This document shows positions 40,227 through 50,189 of a stretch of DNA of 64,000 nt, one piece after another. The position numbers and the translations under genes are program-made. Below the pieces are notes generated by a model. It was not told the origin of the DNA, ran no database searches, and saw only the letters and a program-made list of their open reading frames with translations. Within the stretch, counting starts at the first letter, position 1, and every line of letters begins with the position of its first letter. This stretch comes from an uncultured Gemmatimonadales bacterium (GTDB lineage: Bacteria > Gemmatimonadota > Gemmatimonadetes > Gemmatimonadales > Gemmatimonadaceae): contig CAWKMU010000004.1 in the NCBI GenBank assembly GCA_963850905.1, forward strand, positions 576,001 through 640,000. The letters are read 5' to 3'.

Positions 40227-42716
40227 TCAGGCGGTCCACGTCCACTCGGCGATCTCTGGTGCGTCGTTGAAGTGCTCACGCGTACAACGCACGGCGTCCG
40301 CAATCAGCCGGTCGCACTCAGCCATGAGCTCAGTGGCCCGCGTACGCGGAACCGGGGCGTGCTGCAGCGCGAGCGCCGCGAGATGGTAGCGACTCATGCC
40401 GTTGAGCACGACCATGTCGAAGGGTGTCGTCGTCGCCCCCTGCTCGACGAAGCCACGCACATGAAATCGAGCCGGATCGGGGCGACCGTGGACGAGCTGG
40501 TGGATGGCACGCTGATATCCATGGTAGGCAAAGATGACGGGCCTGTCCCGCGTGAACAGCTCCACGAACTGTTCCTCGCTCATGCCATGCGGGTGGACAT
40601 CCGGCGGAAAGAGCGACATGAGGTCGACGACGTTCACGACGCGCACAGCAAGATCCGGTACGCGCTGTCGCAGCCAGTGTGCAGCCGCCACGGTTTCGAG
40701 CGTGGGGGTGTCCCCGGCGCAGGCCAGCACGACATCAGGTTGAGCGCCTGGACGAGTTGGGCCCTCAGTGCCAGCCCACGCCCAGATGCCGGCACCGCGT
40801 CGCGCGTGCTCGATCGCGTCCCCCATGGACAGCCACTGCAACTGCGGTTGCTTGTCGATGACGATGAGATTGACGTAGTTGCATGATCGAAAGCAGTGGT
40901 CCGCGACAGACAGCAGCGTGTTGGCATCGGGCGGCAGGTAGATCCGCGCGACCGTGCCACGCTTCGACAACATGACGTCAATGAGACCGGGACCCTGGTG
41001 GCTGAACCCGTTGTGGTCGTTCCGCCAACAGGTAGACGTCAGGAGGATGTTGAGCGACGGGACGGGAGCACGCCACGGAAGTGTGATCGCGTGCTCCAGC
41101 CACTTCGTGTGTTGCACGGTCATCGACGCCGAGACCATCGCAAACGACTCATAGGTCACGAACAGGCCGTGCCGGCCGGTGAGCGTGTAGCCCTCGAGCC
41201 ACCCTTCGCAGAGGTGCTCGCTCAATACCTCCATGACTCGACCATCGGCTGTGACATGATCGTCAATGGGGATGAGGTGAGCGTCGAGGCAGCGATTCTC
41301 GACGTCGAAGACACTTCCCAACCGGTTCGAGTTCGTCTCGTCGGGACACGTGAGGCGGAAGTTCGCCGCGGGGGCGTTCCGCACGAACATGTCGCGCACC
41401 ATGTCTCCGAGTTGACGCGTCGATTCGCGCCGGACGGTCGCCGGTCGTGGAACGTCGATCGCGTACGTGCGGAAGTCGGGGAGATCGAGCGGTTGTACGA
41501 GCTTGCCGCCATTCGCGTGAGGGTTCGCGCCCATCCGTCGGTCGCCTGTCGGCGAAAGGGCGGCGAGCTCGGGAGCCAGTGCACCGGTCTCCGTGAAGAG
41601 CGACTCCGGCTCGTAACTTCGCATCCACTCTTCCAGCGACCGTAGCTGCGCTGGATCGGTCTGCACGGCCGGGAGGGGGACCTGATGCGCACGGAATGTC
41701 CCCGCGACTGGGTGGCCGTCAACCACAGCCGGACCGGTCCACCCTTTCGGCGTGCGCAAAATGATGGCGGGCCACGTCACTGTCCCGCTGCTCGAGCGGC
41801 CTTTCCCTGCGCGCGCCTCTGCCTGGATGCGCCGAATGCGCGCATAACAGGTGTCGAGGGTCGTAGCGAGTTGCTGATGGATTGTAGCCGGCTCGTCACC
41901 CGCGACCACGTGCACCTCGTAGCCGTGACTCTCGAGCAGCTGCGTGACCGCGGCATCGTCGACCCGGGCCAGAACAGTCGGGCCGCTGATTTTGTAGCCG
42001 TTGAGATGCAGGATGGGGAGAACCGCACCGTCTCGCGCAGGATTGAGGAAGCGAGTGCTTTTCCACGCGCCCTCCAGCGGTGCGGTCTCCGCCTCGCCGT
42101 CGCCAACGACGGCTGCAACGATGAGGTCAGGATTGTCGAATGCGGCGCCAAAGGCATGCGCCAGGACATAGCCAAGCTCGCCGCCCTCGTGAATCGACCC
42201 CGGCGTCGTGACGCTCACGTGACTCGGGATGCCACCCGGTGTGGAGAACTGGCGGAACAACTGGCGAAGTCCCGCAACGTCGCGCGACACGCCGGGATAG
42301 ATCTCCGAGTATGTCCCCTCGAGATACACATTGGCGACGATTGCCGGGCCACCGTGCCCCGGTCCCGCGAGATAAATGACACTTGCCTCGTGCTCGCGAA
42401 TCAGGCGATTGAGGTGAACATAAATCAGGCTCAGTCCAGGTGATGTCCCCCAGTGACCGAGCAGGCGGGGCTTGATGTGCTCGGGCCGAAGCGGTTCACG
42501 GAGAAGCGGGTTGTCCTGGAGGAAGATCTGGCCGACAGTCAAATAGTTGGCCGCCTGCCAATATCGTTGCATCCGTTTCAGGAGCTCCGCTCCGAGCGGC
42601 TTTGAGGGCGTGGCGGGTACTGGTTGCTGCGAGCCGGCGCCCTGCGTGGAGGACGATGGCACGACGCTCGAAACCGACGGGTCGAACACGAAAGCAGGGG
42701 TCTCAGTTCGCATCAC
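40227..42716 (-). CDS. xfp: Phosphoketolase (xylulose-5-P/fructose-6-P)
   Basis: KPRLLGHWGT, GPGHG, HEGGELGY, GDGEAET, LHLNGYKI, DHNGFSHQ. Confidence 0.95.
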   Translation of the reverse strand: MMRTETPAFVFDPSVSSVVPSSSTQGAGSQQPVPATPSKPLGAELLKRMQRYWQAANYLTVGQIFLQDNPLLREPLRPEHIKPRLLGHWGTSPGLSLIYVHLNRLIREHEASVIYLAGPGHGGPAIVANVYLEGTYSEIYPGVSRDVAGLRQLFRQFSTPGGIPSHVSVTTPGSIHEGGELGYVLAHAFGAAFDNPDLIVAAVVGDGEAETAPLEGAWKSTRFLNPARDGAVLPILHLNGYKISGPTVLARVDDAAVTQLLESHGYEVHVVAGDEPATIHQQLATTLDTCYARIRRIQAEARAGKGRSSSGTVTWPAIILRTPKGWTGPAVVDGHPVAGTFRAHQVPLPAVQTDPAQLRSLEEWMRSYEPESLFTETGALAPELAALSPTGDRRMGANPHANGGKLVQPLDLPDFRTYAIDVPRPATVRRESTRQLGDMVRDMFVRNAPAANFRLTCPDETNSNRLGSVFDVENRCLDAHLIPIDDHVTADGRVMEVLSEHLCEGWLEGYTLTGRHGLFVTYESFAMVSASMTVQHTKWLEHAITLPWRAPVPSLNILLTSTCWRNDHNGFSHQGPGLIDVMLSKRGTVARIYLPPDANTLLSVADHCFRSCNYVNLIVIDKQPQLQWLSMGDAIEHARRGAGIWAWAGTEGPTRPGAQPDVVLACAGDTPTLETVAAAHWLRQRVPDLAVRVVNVVDLMSLFPPDVHPHGMSEEQFVELFTRDRPVIFAYHGYQRAIHQLVHGRPDPARFHVRGFVEQGATTTPFDMVVLNGMSRYHLAALALQHAPVPRTRATELMAECDRLIADAVRCTREHFNDAPEIAEWTWTA

Positions 42717-43888
42717 ACTGCCCTCCCTGCTCGAGTAATGACCGGAGATGTCGCGCGATCATGAGCTCCTCGTTGGCCGGTACGATCCGGACCGTGACAC
42801 CTGAGTTTATTCCCGAAATGATGGCTGCGTGCTTGGTATTCAGACCCGCATCGAGCGAGACGCCACACCACGACAGGTGCTCACAGACGCGGTCGCGCAC
42901 AACGGCCGCGTGCTCGCCGATTCCGCCGGTGAAGACCAGCGCGTCGATTCCGCCCAGCGCCGTACCAAGGGCGGCAATGGCTTTGGCGACCTGGTAGCAG
43001 AAAATATCGACCGCTTCCGACGCTCGTGCGTCGGTCGGAGAGCGATCAAGCAGAGTCCGCATGTCTCCGGTCGTGCCTGAGAGGCCACGCAACCCGCCTT
43101 CGTCGTTCACGACGCGACTCAGCGCCTCTATGTCGAGTCTTTCGGTTCGAGCGAGGTAAAGCAGCACGCCGGGGTCCAGGTCGCCTGAGCGGGTCGCCAT
43201 GACGATGCCGCCGGTTGGCGTGAACCCCATGGTCGTATCGATGCTTCGGCCGTCACGTATGGCAGCGACGCTTGCTCCACTGCCGAGGTGGGCCGCCACG
43301 AGCCGCAGGGGCAAGGCGCCTGCATGCCCGCAGCTCCTCCACGATGTACTCGTACGACAGGCCGTGAAACCCGAAGCGTACCACTCCTGCATCCGTGAAT
43401 CGGCGGGGCAGCCCGAAGAGCCGTGCACGGTCAGGCAAGGTTGCATGAAACGCCGTGTCAAAGGATGCCGCAGGGCGCACGCTTGGCCATCGCGTGACGA
43501 CCTGTTGCACCGCATCGAGCTCGATCGGCAGATGATCAGGGGCAAGCGGGATGACGCCTCGCAAATCGAGCATCACTGCTGGAGTCAACCACGCCGGGGC
43601 GCGATAGTGGAGCCCACCATGCACGAGTCGATGACCGACCGCCACCAGATGCGGCGCCAACTGCTCCCGCTCGAGCCGAGTGAGCAATTGCTCGATCGCC
43701 GCTCGAGGGGTAGCTGCCTCGGTCGGCTCATCGCGTTGCACATCTGCGGACAAGGAGAGGCTTGCGACCATCCGCTCCTGCGGCTTCGTCACCGCGGCCG
43801 CGAACAGGCGACGCTCCGCACCACCGCCGACGTCGAACACCGCCGATTTCACGCTCGAGGAACCGACGTTCAGGGCGAGGACGAGCAT
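42703..43888 (-). CDS. ackA: Acetate/propionate kinase (frameshift near 43326)
   Basis: LNVGSSSVK, GHRLVHGG, FDTAFH, FGFHGLSY in one frame; HLGSGAS, TMGFTP, TRSGDLDP, FTGGIGE, NEELMIA in another. Confidence 0.9.
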
Positions 43889-43895
43889 GTAGTGG

Positions 43896-43930
43896 CGTTG
43901 GATGTTGGACGTTGGACGTCGGACGCTGGA
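43896..43930 (+). repeat. Heptamer tandem repeat (CGTTGGA-like) x5
   Basis: CGTTGGA TGTTGGA CGTTGGA CGTCGGA CGCTGGA. Confidence 0.6.
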
Positions 43931-44051
43931 GAGTGGCCGCTAGGGAACGCTAGCGGCCCGGGCCACGTTTCTCCAAGCATGAATCCCAGCGCTTCATCGC
44001 GAAGTGCCGGGTCGCATTCAACTGACAGCGGGCAATAGCGCAAATCAGGTG

Positions 44052-44540
44052 CTAAAGGCTCGACGGGGCCACCACACATCCCGGCGTCCCGCTGTGCGCA
44101 TCCGTGACGCGGACTTCGCTGCGCATTCCGTGCGCGCCCTCCACGCACTCGAGCGCTCGCTCGACAGCCGCGTATTCGGCCGTCGTCGCAACGGTGCCGG
44201 TCAGGATCAACCACCCCTTCTCGACGCGAATGATCACGTCGCGGCCGATCGGATGCTCCCCGGTCGTCAATGCGTCGAGGGCGCGGTGGGCCAGCCCTTC
44301 GTCATCGGTCGCGTTGCCGTGACCGTTAGCGACCTGCAATGTGACGACAACTGCATGGGCGCCAGGCTCGCGTTGCATCGCCCGTTCCGCGGCAACCTTG
44401 TCGTCTGGCGTGTCGACCACGCCACTGAGCGTCACTACGCCGTCCTGCACATTGACGGTGACCTTCGACGCCGCTGGACCAAGTGTGGTCCGCAGCGCGC
44501 CTGACACGGCCGCATGGAGGTTCAAATCTGTTCGCATCAC
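44052..44540 (-). CDS. Dual BON-domain protein
   Basis: VNVQDGVVTLSGVV and VEKGWLILTGTV...VEGAHG. Confidence 0.85.
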   Translation of the reverse strand: MMRTDLNLHAAVSGALRTTLGPAASKVTVNVQDGVVTLSGVVDTPDDKVAAERAMQREPGAHAVVVTLQVANGHGNATDDEGLAHRALDALTTGEHPIGRDVIIRVEKGWLILTGTVATTAEYAAVERALECVEGAHGMRSEVRVTDAHSGTPGCVVAPSSL

Positions 44541-44575
44541 GTGAGTACCCTCACTCTCGAGTCCGAACGTGATTG

Positions 44576-44971
44576 CTACGGCTTGGCCTTACCGTGACCG
44601 ACGGCCCAGACATAGGCCGCGACCTTCTTGACATCATCGTCGCTGATACCACCTGGATGACTGACCATGGCGGTCCCGGACACTCCGTTCGTCACGACCC
44701 CGACGATCGCCTCATATGTGCCACCCTTCGCATCCTTCCAGTCGTGCGCCATCAACGTCGGTGCGATCGGCGTGCCCTCGAGATTCGAGCCGTGACAGGT
44801 GATGCAGCTGCCCTGCCCGTGGAAGACCTTACGTCCGGCATCGATGGCGGCGGGCGAGGCCGAATCAGCCGAAGAGCCGGTCTGCGCGTTCGCGGGTTGC
44901 AGCGCTGCAAGCAAACAAATGGCATTCGCAGCGCAGGTAATGAATGCGAGTCGCAGCATGGCCCTAAGCAT
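44576..44971 (-). CDS. Periplasmic monoheme cytochrome c
   Basis: Signal peptide, CITCH, distal Met (TAM). Confidence 0.9.
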   Translation of the reverse strand: MLRAMLRLAFITCAANAICLLAALQPANAQTGSSADSASPAAIDAGRKVFHGQGSCITCHGSNLEGTPIAPTLMAHDWKDAKGGTYEAIVGVVTNGVSGTAMVSHPGGISDDDVKKVAAYVWAVGHGKAKP

Positions 44972-45322
44972 TGGGTCTCCAGGTCAATGGTGAACGGCGA
45001 TCTAGGTGGTACACGGGTCGTTGACGACACGTAAACCTAGGCAGCGCCTCCAAAAACGAGCATCAGGGAAAATCCGCCCGGACGTCAGGCAATCCGCCGG
45101 CGACACGCATGGTCGCTGTAGGGGAATCCATTACACGGGCGGCGGCATTTACCGGATTGAGCAACTCGGCGGCCTGAGGCAGCTTGGCGGCGTAGCACCG
45201 GAATGCTCGCGCCGTTGCGGGCCACAACTCAACTCACGCCGGAGTTTGCGGTGGTTCCTCACAAGTCCAAACTGCGAAGACGGGTTCCGAGTTCCTGGCT
45301 CCCGATGCCGGGAAATACAACT

Positions 45323-46828
45323 ATGAAGAACGAATCAGGCCGAGGACGAGCCGCAGGGGTGCTGCGACGCGCGCTCGCCGCCGCGATCGTGCTGATGTTG
45401 GTGGCCAATGCGGCGGTTGCCGTCGCAAGCGCGCCAAATGCCGGCAACAACGACGATAGAGGTAACGAGGACGCCAGGGGGAAGGAGGACCCCGCGATCG
45501 CCGGTTCCGCGGCTCGTCGAGTGGTGATGCCCTCTGGGATGCACGAGCTGCTCGCCTCGCTCCACAGGAAGGTGCCGGCGTTTTCGCGTCAGACCGGTCT
45601 CGCATGTTCCGCGTGCCACTACCAATTCCCGCAACTGACGCCATTCGGACGCTCGTTCAAGCTGAACGGGTATACGCTGACTGGGCTCAAGCCGATCACT
45701 GAGCCGAATGCGAAAAAGGGGGCGGCACTCTCGCTGCTACCGATCCCGCCAGTCGCCGTCATGCTCATGGCCTCAGGCTCGCACTTGGGTGATGCCCGTC
45801 CGGGTGCGCAGAACGATGTCGCGGAAATGCCGCAGCAATTGAGCCTCTTTCTCGCGGGCTCGCTGACGCCGCATATCGGCGCGTTGCTGCAAGCGACGTA
45901 TTCCGGGAGTGGAGGTTCGTTCGGCATCGACAACAGCGACGTCCGGTACGTGACGCGTGCGCGCCTCGCGGACAAAGATGCGATCTTCGGCCTGACGCTG
46001 CACAACAATCCAACGGTCCAGGACGTGTGGAACACCACACCTGCCTGGGGCTATCCTTTCATTAGCTCCAATGTGCCACCCGGAACGATTGCGGCGCCGG
46101 TCATCAGCGGGCAGCTGGCGCAGCAAGTGCTCGGGTTTGGCGGATACGGACTCTGGAACAACCTCGTCTACGTTGAGGCCACGGCGTACCGAAGCGCACT
46201 GCAGGGCATCTCGCCTGCTGACTCGACCGCGGCCAACACGATCCAAGGAGTGACGCCATATTGGCGTCTCGCTCTCGAGCATCAATTCGGGCCGACGTAC
46301 GGCATGATCGGCGTCTATGGCCTGGTCAGTCATCTCTACCCGACTGGCGTCACGGGGCTGACGAATCGCTTCACCAATGCCGCGGTCGACGCGCAACTCG
46401 AGCATACCTTCGGTGCTGCTGGCGTCGTCATTGGTCGCGCGACCTGGATCAACGAGAGTCAGGTCTTGAGTCCGCTCTTCGCCTCGGGCGCCGCAAGCCA
46501 GGTCGACAACACGCTCAACACAGGGCAGGTCAACGTCAGCGTAGAACCCAACGCGCGCTACGGGGTGACGCTGGGGTACTTCTCCACGACCGGCACGCGC
46601 GATTCACTGCTCTACGCGCCCGCCCCGCTGGTCGGGAGCCGAGTGGGATCACCGCAAACGAACGGCTTCATCGAGGAGCTGGACTACAATCCGTGGCAGA
46701 ACATCCGCATCGGTCTGCAGGGGGTGCAGTACTCGAAGTTCAACGGTGCGGCAACCAACTACGACGGAGCAGAACGAGCGGCAACGGGGAACAACACGGT
46801 CTACGTGTTTGCATGGGTGGCGTTCTGA
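45323..46828 (+). CDS. cyc2: Cyc2-like fused monoheme cytochrome c / outer-membrane beta-barrel
   Basis: VPAFSRQTGLACSACHYQFPQLTPFGRSFKLNGY signature, NNPTVQDVWN, C-terminal WVAF. Confidence 0.8.
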   Translation: MKNESGRGRAAGVLRRALAAAIVLMLVANAAVAVASAPNAGNNDDRGNEDARGKEDPAIAGSAARRVVMPSGMHELLASLHRKVPAFSRQTGLACSACHYQFPQLTPFGRSFKLNGYTLTGLKPITEPNAKKGAALSLLPIPPVAVMLMASGSHLGDARPGAQNDVAEMPQQLSLFLAGSLTPHIGALLQATYSGSGGSFGIDNSDVRYVTRARLADKDAIFGLTLHNNPTVQDVWNTTPAWGYPFISSNVPPGTIAAPVISGQLAQQVLGFGGYGLWNNLVYVEATAYRSALQGISPADSTAANTIQGVTPYWRLALEHQFGPTYGMIGVYGLVSHLYPTGVTGLTNRFTNAAVDAQLEHTFGAAGVVIGRATWINESQVLSPLFASGAASQVDNTLNTGQVNVSVEPNARYGVTLGYFSTTGTRDSLLYAPAPLVGSRVGSPQTNGFIEELDYNPWQNIRIGLQGVQYSKFNGAATNYDGAERAATGNNTVYVFAWVAF

Positions 46829-46914
46829 TGAAACCGGAACGGCGGGATCGGGGGCCGCGGGCGCTTTGCGCCCCAGAAAGGAGAAACGCAGAAAGTAGAG
46901 AGGAGACATTGACC

Positions 46915-47661
46915 ATGTCAGAAGAGACACATCAGGCTGTGCATCCGCCGTCGGGATCGTCCGTCCACGAGGCGGCGAGTGAGCGGCGCGCATTTCTTCA
47001 GCGCGTGACCGGCGTGGCGGCCGCGCTGGCCGTTGCGCCGTTGGTGCGTCATCCATTCGCCAGCGTCGGATCGGGGCCGGCTCCCGCGGTGACATTGCCC
47101 ACCGGGCTGCAACCTCGTGCGCCGTGGAGTGACGCCTGGTTGCAGAAGCTGACGGGCAAGCACAAACAGTTCTTCGATACGCTGCAGCCCAATGATGGAT
47201 TCTCGCTGGCGTTCGCGATGTACTTTCTCGATCTCAACCACGAAGCGTACGGGCTCACGGACAATCAGCTCACTGCTGTAGTCGGTCTTCGGCACTTCGC
47301 GATGCCCATGGCGCTTCCGGATGCGCTCTGGGAGCGCTATCGCATCGGTGAGAACATGCAGATCAGCGACCGCACGACCGGCGGGCCCGCAACACGGAAC
47401 CCATTCCTGCACCGAGACGGCGTACCGACCCCTGGGGCGGATGTTACGACGTTGATGCAGCGTGGCGTCCTCTTCACAGTCTGTAACGTCGCGCTCACGA
47501 TCCTGAGTGCGCGGATGGCTAGCGCGGCTGGCGTATCAGGGGAGGCAGCGAAGGCCGAGTGGACGAAGAGCATCGTCCCAGGCATGATCCTGGTGCCGGT
47601 CGGTGTCATGGCGGTGAATCTGGCCCAAGAACGCGGGTGCACCTATTGTTACGGAGGGTGA
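46915..47661 (+). CDS. Tat-exported DsrE-like protein
   Basis: SERRAFL twin-arginine motif; GVLFTVCNVAL...VPVGVMAVNLAQERGCTY DsrE-like core; alternative start at 46828. Confidence 0.7.
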   Translation: MSEETHQAVHPPSGSSVHEAASERRAFLQRVTGVAAALAVAPLVRHPFASVGSGPAPAVTLPTGLQPRAPWSDAWLQKLTGKHKQFFDTLQPNDGFSLAFAMYFLDLNHEAYGLTDNQLTAVVGLRHFAMPMALPDALWERYRIGENMQISDRTTGGPATRNPFLHRDGVPTPGADVTTLMQRGVLFTVCNVALTILSARMASAAGVSGEAAKAEWTKSIVPGMILVPVGVMAVNLAQERGCTYCYGG

Positions 47662-47827
47662 TGCGTCCCGCCGCCGGTCGTCCGCAACGCCGAGCGCCAC
47701 TAACGCGCCATGTTCGGCAGCCATACCGTTGCCGCGTGGCTGGGCCAATGTCGTACACGGCCTCGCAGGTCGCGGACGGTCATTTATGCGTACCACCGGA
47801 GGCCCCTGACTAAGGAGAAACTCATGG

Positions 47828-48049
47828 ATGCGGCGACCGAAAGTCGGTTCGCTCGTCCTCATCACCGTATTCGCTGTGGGGCTCGTCATCGGGAGTTCCG
47901 AGCACTTCTTTGTCACGGGTCCTAACAACGTGTTCGACGTGGGCACCGGCGACTGGACGGTCCCGTTCAAAATCAGTGTTGCGATGCTTGTCTTGCTCGA
48001 GGTTGCGGGCCTGTCGGCCGCTGGACGCGTGCTGACCACGCGCTCATGA
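47828..48049 (+). CDS. Small two-TM membrane protein
   Basis: AAGGAG upstream; two hydrophobic segments. Confidence 0.5.
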   Translation: MRRPKVGSLVLITVFAVGLVIGSSEHFFVTGPNNVFDVGTGDWTVPFKISVAMLVLLEVAGLSAAGRVLTTRS

Positions 48050-48057
48050 GGTGAAGT

Positions 48058-48708
48058 GTGCCTGTCCGCGTAGCTGCCAGGTCTTTGGTGCCACGGCCTA
48101 GAAAGGTCCTTCAGGAGCGCACGAGCGCAAACAGAACGCGCCAACGGATTCTCGACGCGGCACAGCGCCTGCTCGAGACGGGCGGACTCGCGCGCCTGAC
48201 CACAAAGGAGCTCGCGCACACCGCCGACTGCGCCGAAGGCACGCTGTTCAAGCATTTCCGAAGCAAGGAAGACATCGTCCTCGCGGTCGTGATGGAGAAC
48301 GCTCCGCGATTCCGCGATGCCGTGTCGCAATCACGTCGCACCAGCCGGCCCGTCGAGAAAAACCTCGCGGAGATCGCACTCGCGTGCATTCGATTTTCCG
48401 AGAAGCTCATTCCCCTCGGTGCGTCCCTGCTCGGCGACGCAGCGCTGCTCCAGCGCCGCCGGAGGCTCGAGCCCGGGCGCGGGCCGAAGGAGGCGTTCCA
48501 GCTCATTGCCGATTACGTAGCGCAAGAGCAGGCTGCCGGCCGTATCGACGTGAGGGCGGAGCCGGCAAGCGTCGCGCTGCTTCTGTTCGGACCATGCTTT
48601 CAGCGGGTCTTCATTCGTCAGGTCGTGGGCGAGAACCCCGCACCCACAAACGATCGGCAGTTCATCGCCGGCATCGTAAGTACGATCATGCAGGGACTCA
48701 AGCCGTGA
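48058..48708 (+). CDS. TetR/AcrR-family regulator
   Basis: RILDAAQRL...TTKELA...EGTLFKHFRSKEDI. Confidence 0.9.
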   Translation: MPVRVAARSLVPRPRKVLQERTSANRTRQRILDAAQRLLETGGLARLTTKELAHTADCAEGTLFKHFRSKEDIVLAVVMENAPRFRDAVSQSRRTSRPVEKNLAEIALACIRFSEKLIPLGASLLGDAALLQRRRRLEPGRGPKEAFQLIADYVAQEQAAGRIDVRAEPASVALLLFGPCFQRVFIRQVVGENPAPTNDRQFIAGIVSTIMQGLKP

Positions 48709-48757
48709 CCAGCCCCGCTGACGAGCAACTATGATACGGGATCACGACTGCGCTCCG

Positions 48758-49357
48758 ATGACACGTGTGCGGCTCACCCGCCTTGCAAGTCGTACGATAA
48801 CGCTTGCGTTCGTCGCGATGGGCTGCACCAGAAGTCCGTCGACGTCGACCGGGTCGCGTCCATCGGTCGTGGTGCTCGTCCGCCACGGGGAGAAGGCGAC
48901 GTCTGCCGGTGACGATCCCTCGCTCAGCGACGCTGGCCATGCGCGCGCTGCCGCCCTCGCCGACGCGCTTGGCGACGCGCACGTCACGCACGTGATCACG
49001 ACGCAGTTTCGCCGGACGCAGGAAACTGCGGCGCCGTTGGCCGAACGGCTGGGACTCCGCCCGACCGTGATACCGATCGATCTTAGCGACATCAGGCGCT
49101 ATGTGGCTGCCGTCAGCGATTCCGTGCGGCGCAGCGGTGGCGTGACGCTCATTGTCGGACACCAGAACACGGTACCTGCCGTTATCCGCGCATTGGGTGG
49201 CCCTGCTACCCCGGAGATCTGCGCCGAGGATTATGGCGATTTGTATATCCTGGTTCTCGGCGTACGCCCCGGTCCATCACTCATGCACGAGACGTTCGGA
49301 GTCCCGCACCCAGCACACAGCGCGACGTGCGCCGCGGCGCCCACAACACCGCACTGA
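48758..49357 (+). CDS. Histidine phosphatase (PGM/SixA-like) lipoprotein
   Basis: LVRHGEK, RRTQETA, IVGHQNT; AMGC lipobox. Confidence 0.85.
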   Translation: MTRVRLTRLASRTITLAFVAMGCTRSPSTSTGSRPSVVVLVRHGEKATSAGDDPSLSDAGHARAAALADALGDAHVTHVITTQFRRTQETAAPLAERLGLRPTVIPIDLSDIRRYVAAVSDSVRRSGGVTLIVGHQNTVPAVIRALGGPATPEICAEDYGDLYILVLGVRPGPSLMHETFGVPHPAHSATCAAAPTTPH

Positions 49358-49457
49358 GCCTCGCTTTCTTCCGCCGCCATCACCAGGCTCGCACTGAGAA
49401 GCGACGTGAGGTGTCCTTCTCGGTCAGAGATGATTCCTATTCGCGATACCGGGCGGC

Positions 49458-50189
49458 TCACCCGCCACCTCTCGCGATCGCCATATACAGGCCAAGCCCG
49501 ATCAGCAGGAGCGCGATCACGCGTCGGAACATGCGTTGGGGGAGATGCCCTAGCAGGCGGGTGCCGAGCGAGGTGCCGATCACCACGCCGAGCGTCGCTG
49601 CGAGGAGCAGCGGCCACACGTGGGCGATGGCGCGCGCTTCCGTGGCCAGATACACCGGCAACCGCGCCACATCGACAAAAAGCCCGATCGCCGTGGCGGT
49701 CGCGACGAACGACTCCTTTGGCACGTCGAAGCCGAGCATCGCCGCCGAGCGTATACCACCTTGATTGCCGACCAGACCTCCGAACGTCCCGGAGAGCAAT
49801 CCCGCGAACCATGCTGTTCGCCGCCCCCAGTGAACTCGCTCGACCCACCCCGTGAGCTGTGATGTACCAGCGAAGATGAGCAAGCAACCAAAGACAACGG
49901 CCAGCCCGCGGCTCGAGATCCGTGTGTGCAGGAGTGCGCCGGCGAGCCCGCCGACCGCGCTCGCGATGCCGAATCCGAGGAGGACGCGTCGATCGACATG
50001 GCGTCGCAGCAGCCAGAATCGTTGCGCGGTACCGACGAAATGCGGGAATGCGACCGCGGCTACCGCGAGCTTCGTCCCGGTTGTGAGCGCCAGAACCGGG
50101 GTGAGCAGGCTCCCAATGCCGAAGCCAGTGACGGCAGCAATGCCGCCAGCAACAATCGCAGTCAGCGCGAGCAGTGCGCCGAATAGCAC
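49458..50189 (-). CDS. TauE/SafE-family sulfite exporter
   Basis: GFGIGSLLTP, FGGLVGNQGG, ~8 TM segments. Confidence 0.8.
   Translation of the reverse strand: MLFGALLALTAIVAGGIAAVTGFGIGSLLTPVLALTTGTKLAVAAVAFPHFVGTAQRFWLLRRHVDRRVLLGFGIASAVGGLAGALLHTRISSRGLAVVFGCLLIFAGTSQLTGWVERVHWGRRTAWFAGLLSGTFGGLVGNQGGIRSAAMLGFDVPKESFVATATAIGLFVDVARLPVYLATEARAIAHVWPLLLAATLGVVIGTSLGTRLLGHLPQRMFRRVIALLLIGLGLYMAIARGGG

Noticed and set aside
42703..43888. Programmed ribosomal frameshift or true pseudogene in ackA (also USP1 and carH)
   Set aside because: No slippery sequence, both halves look undegraded, and all breaks share the GATGC context, favouring sequencing error.
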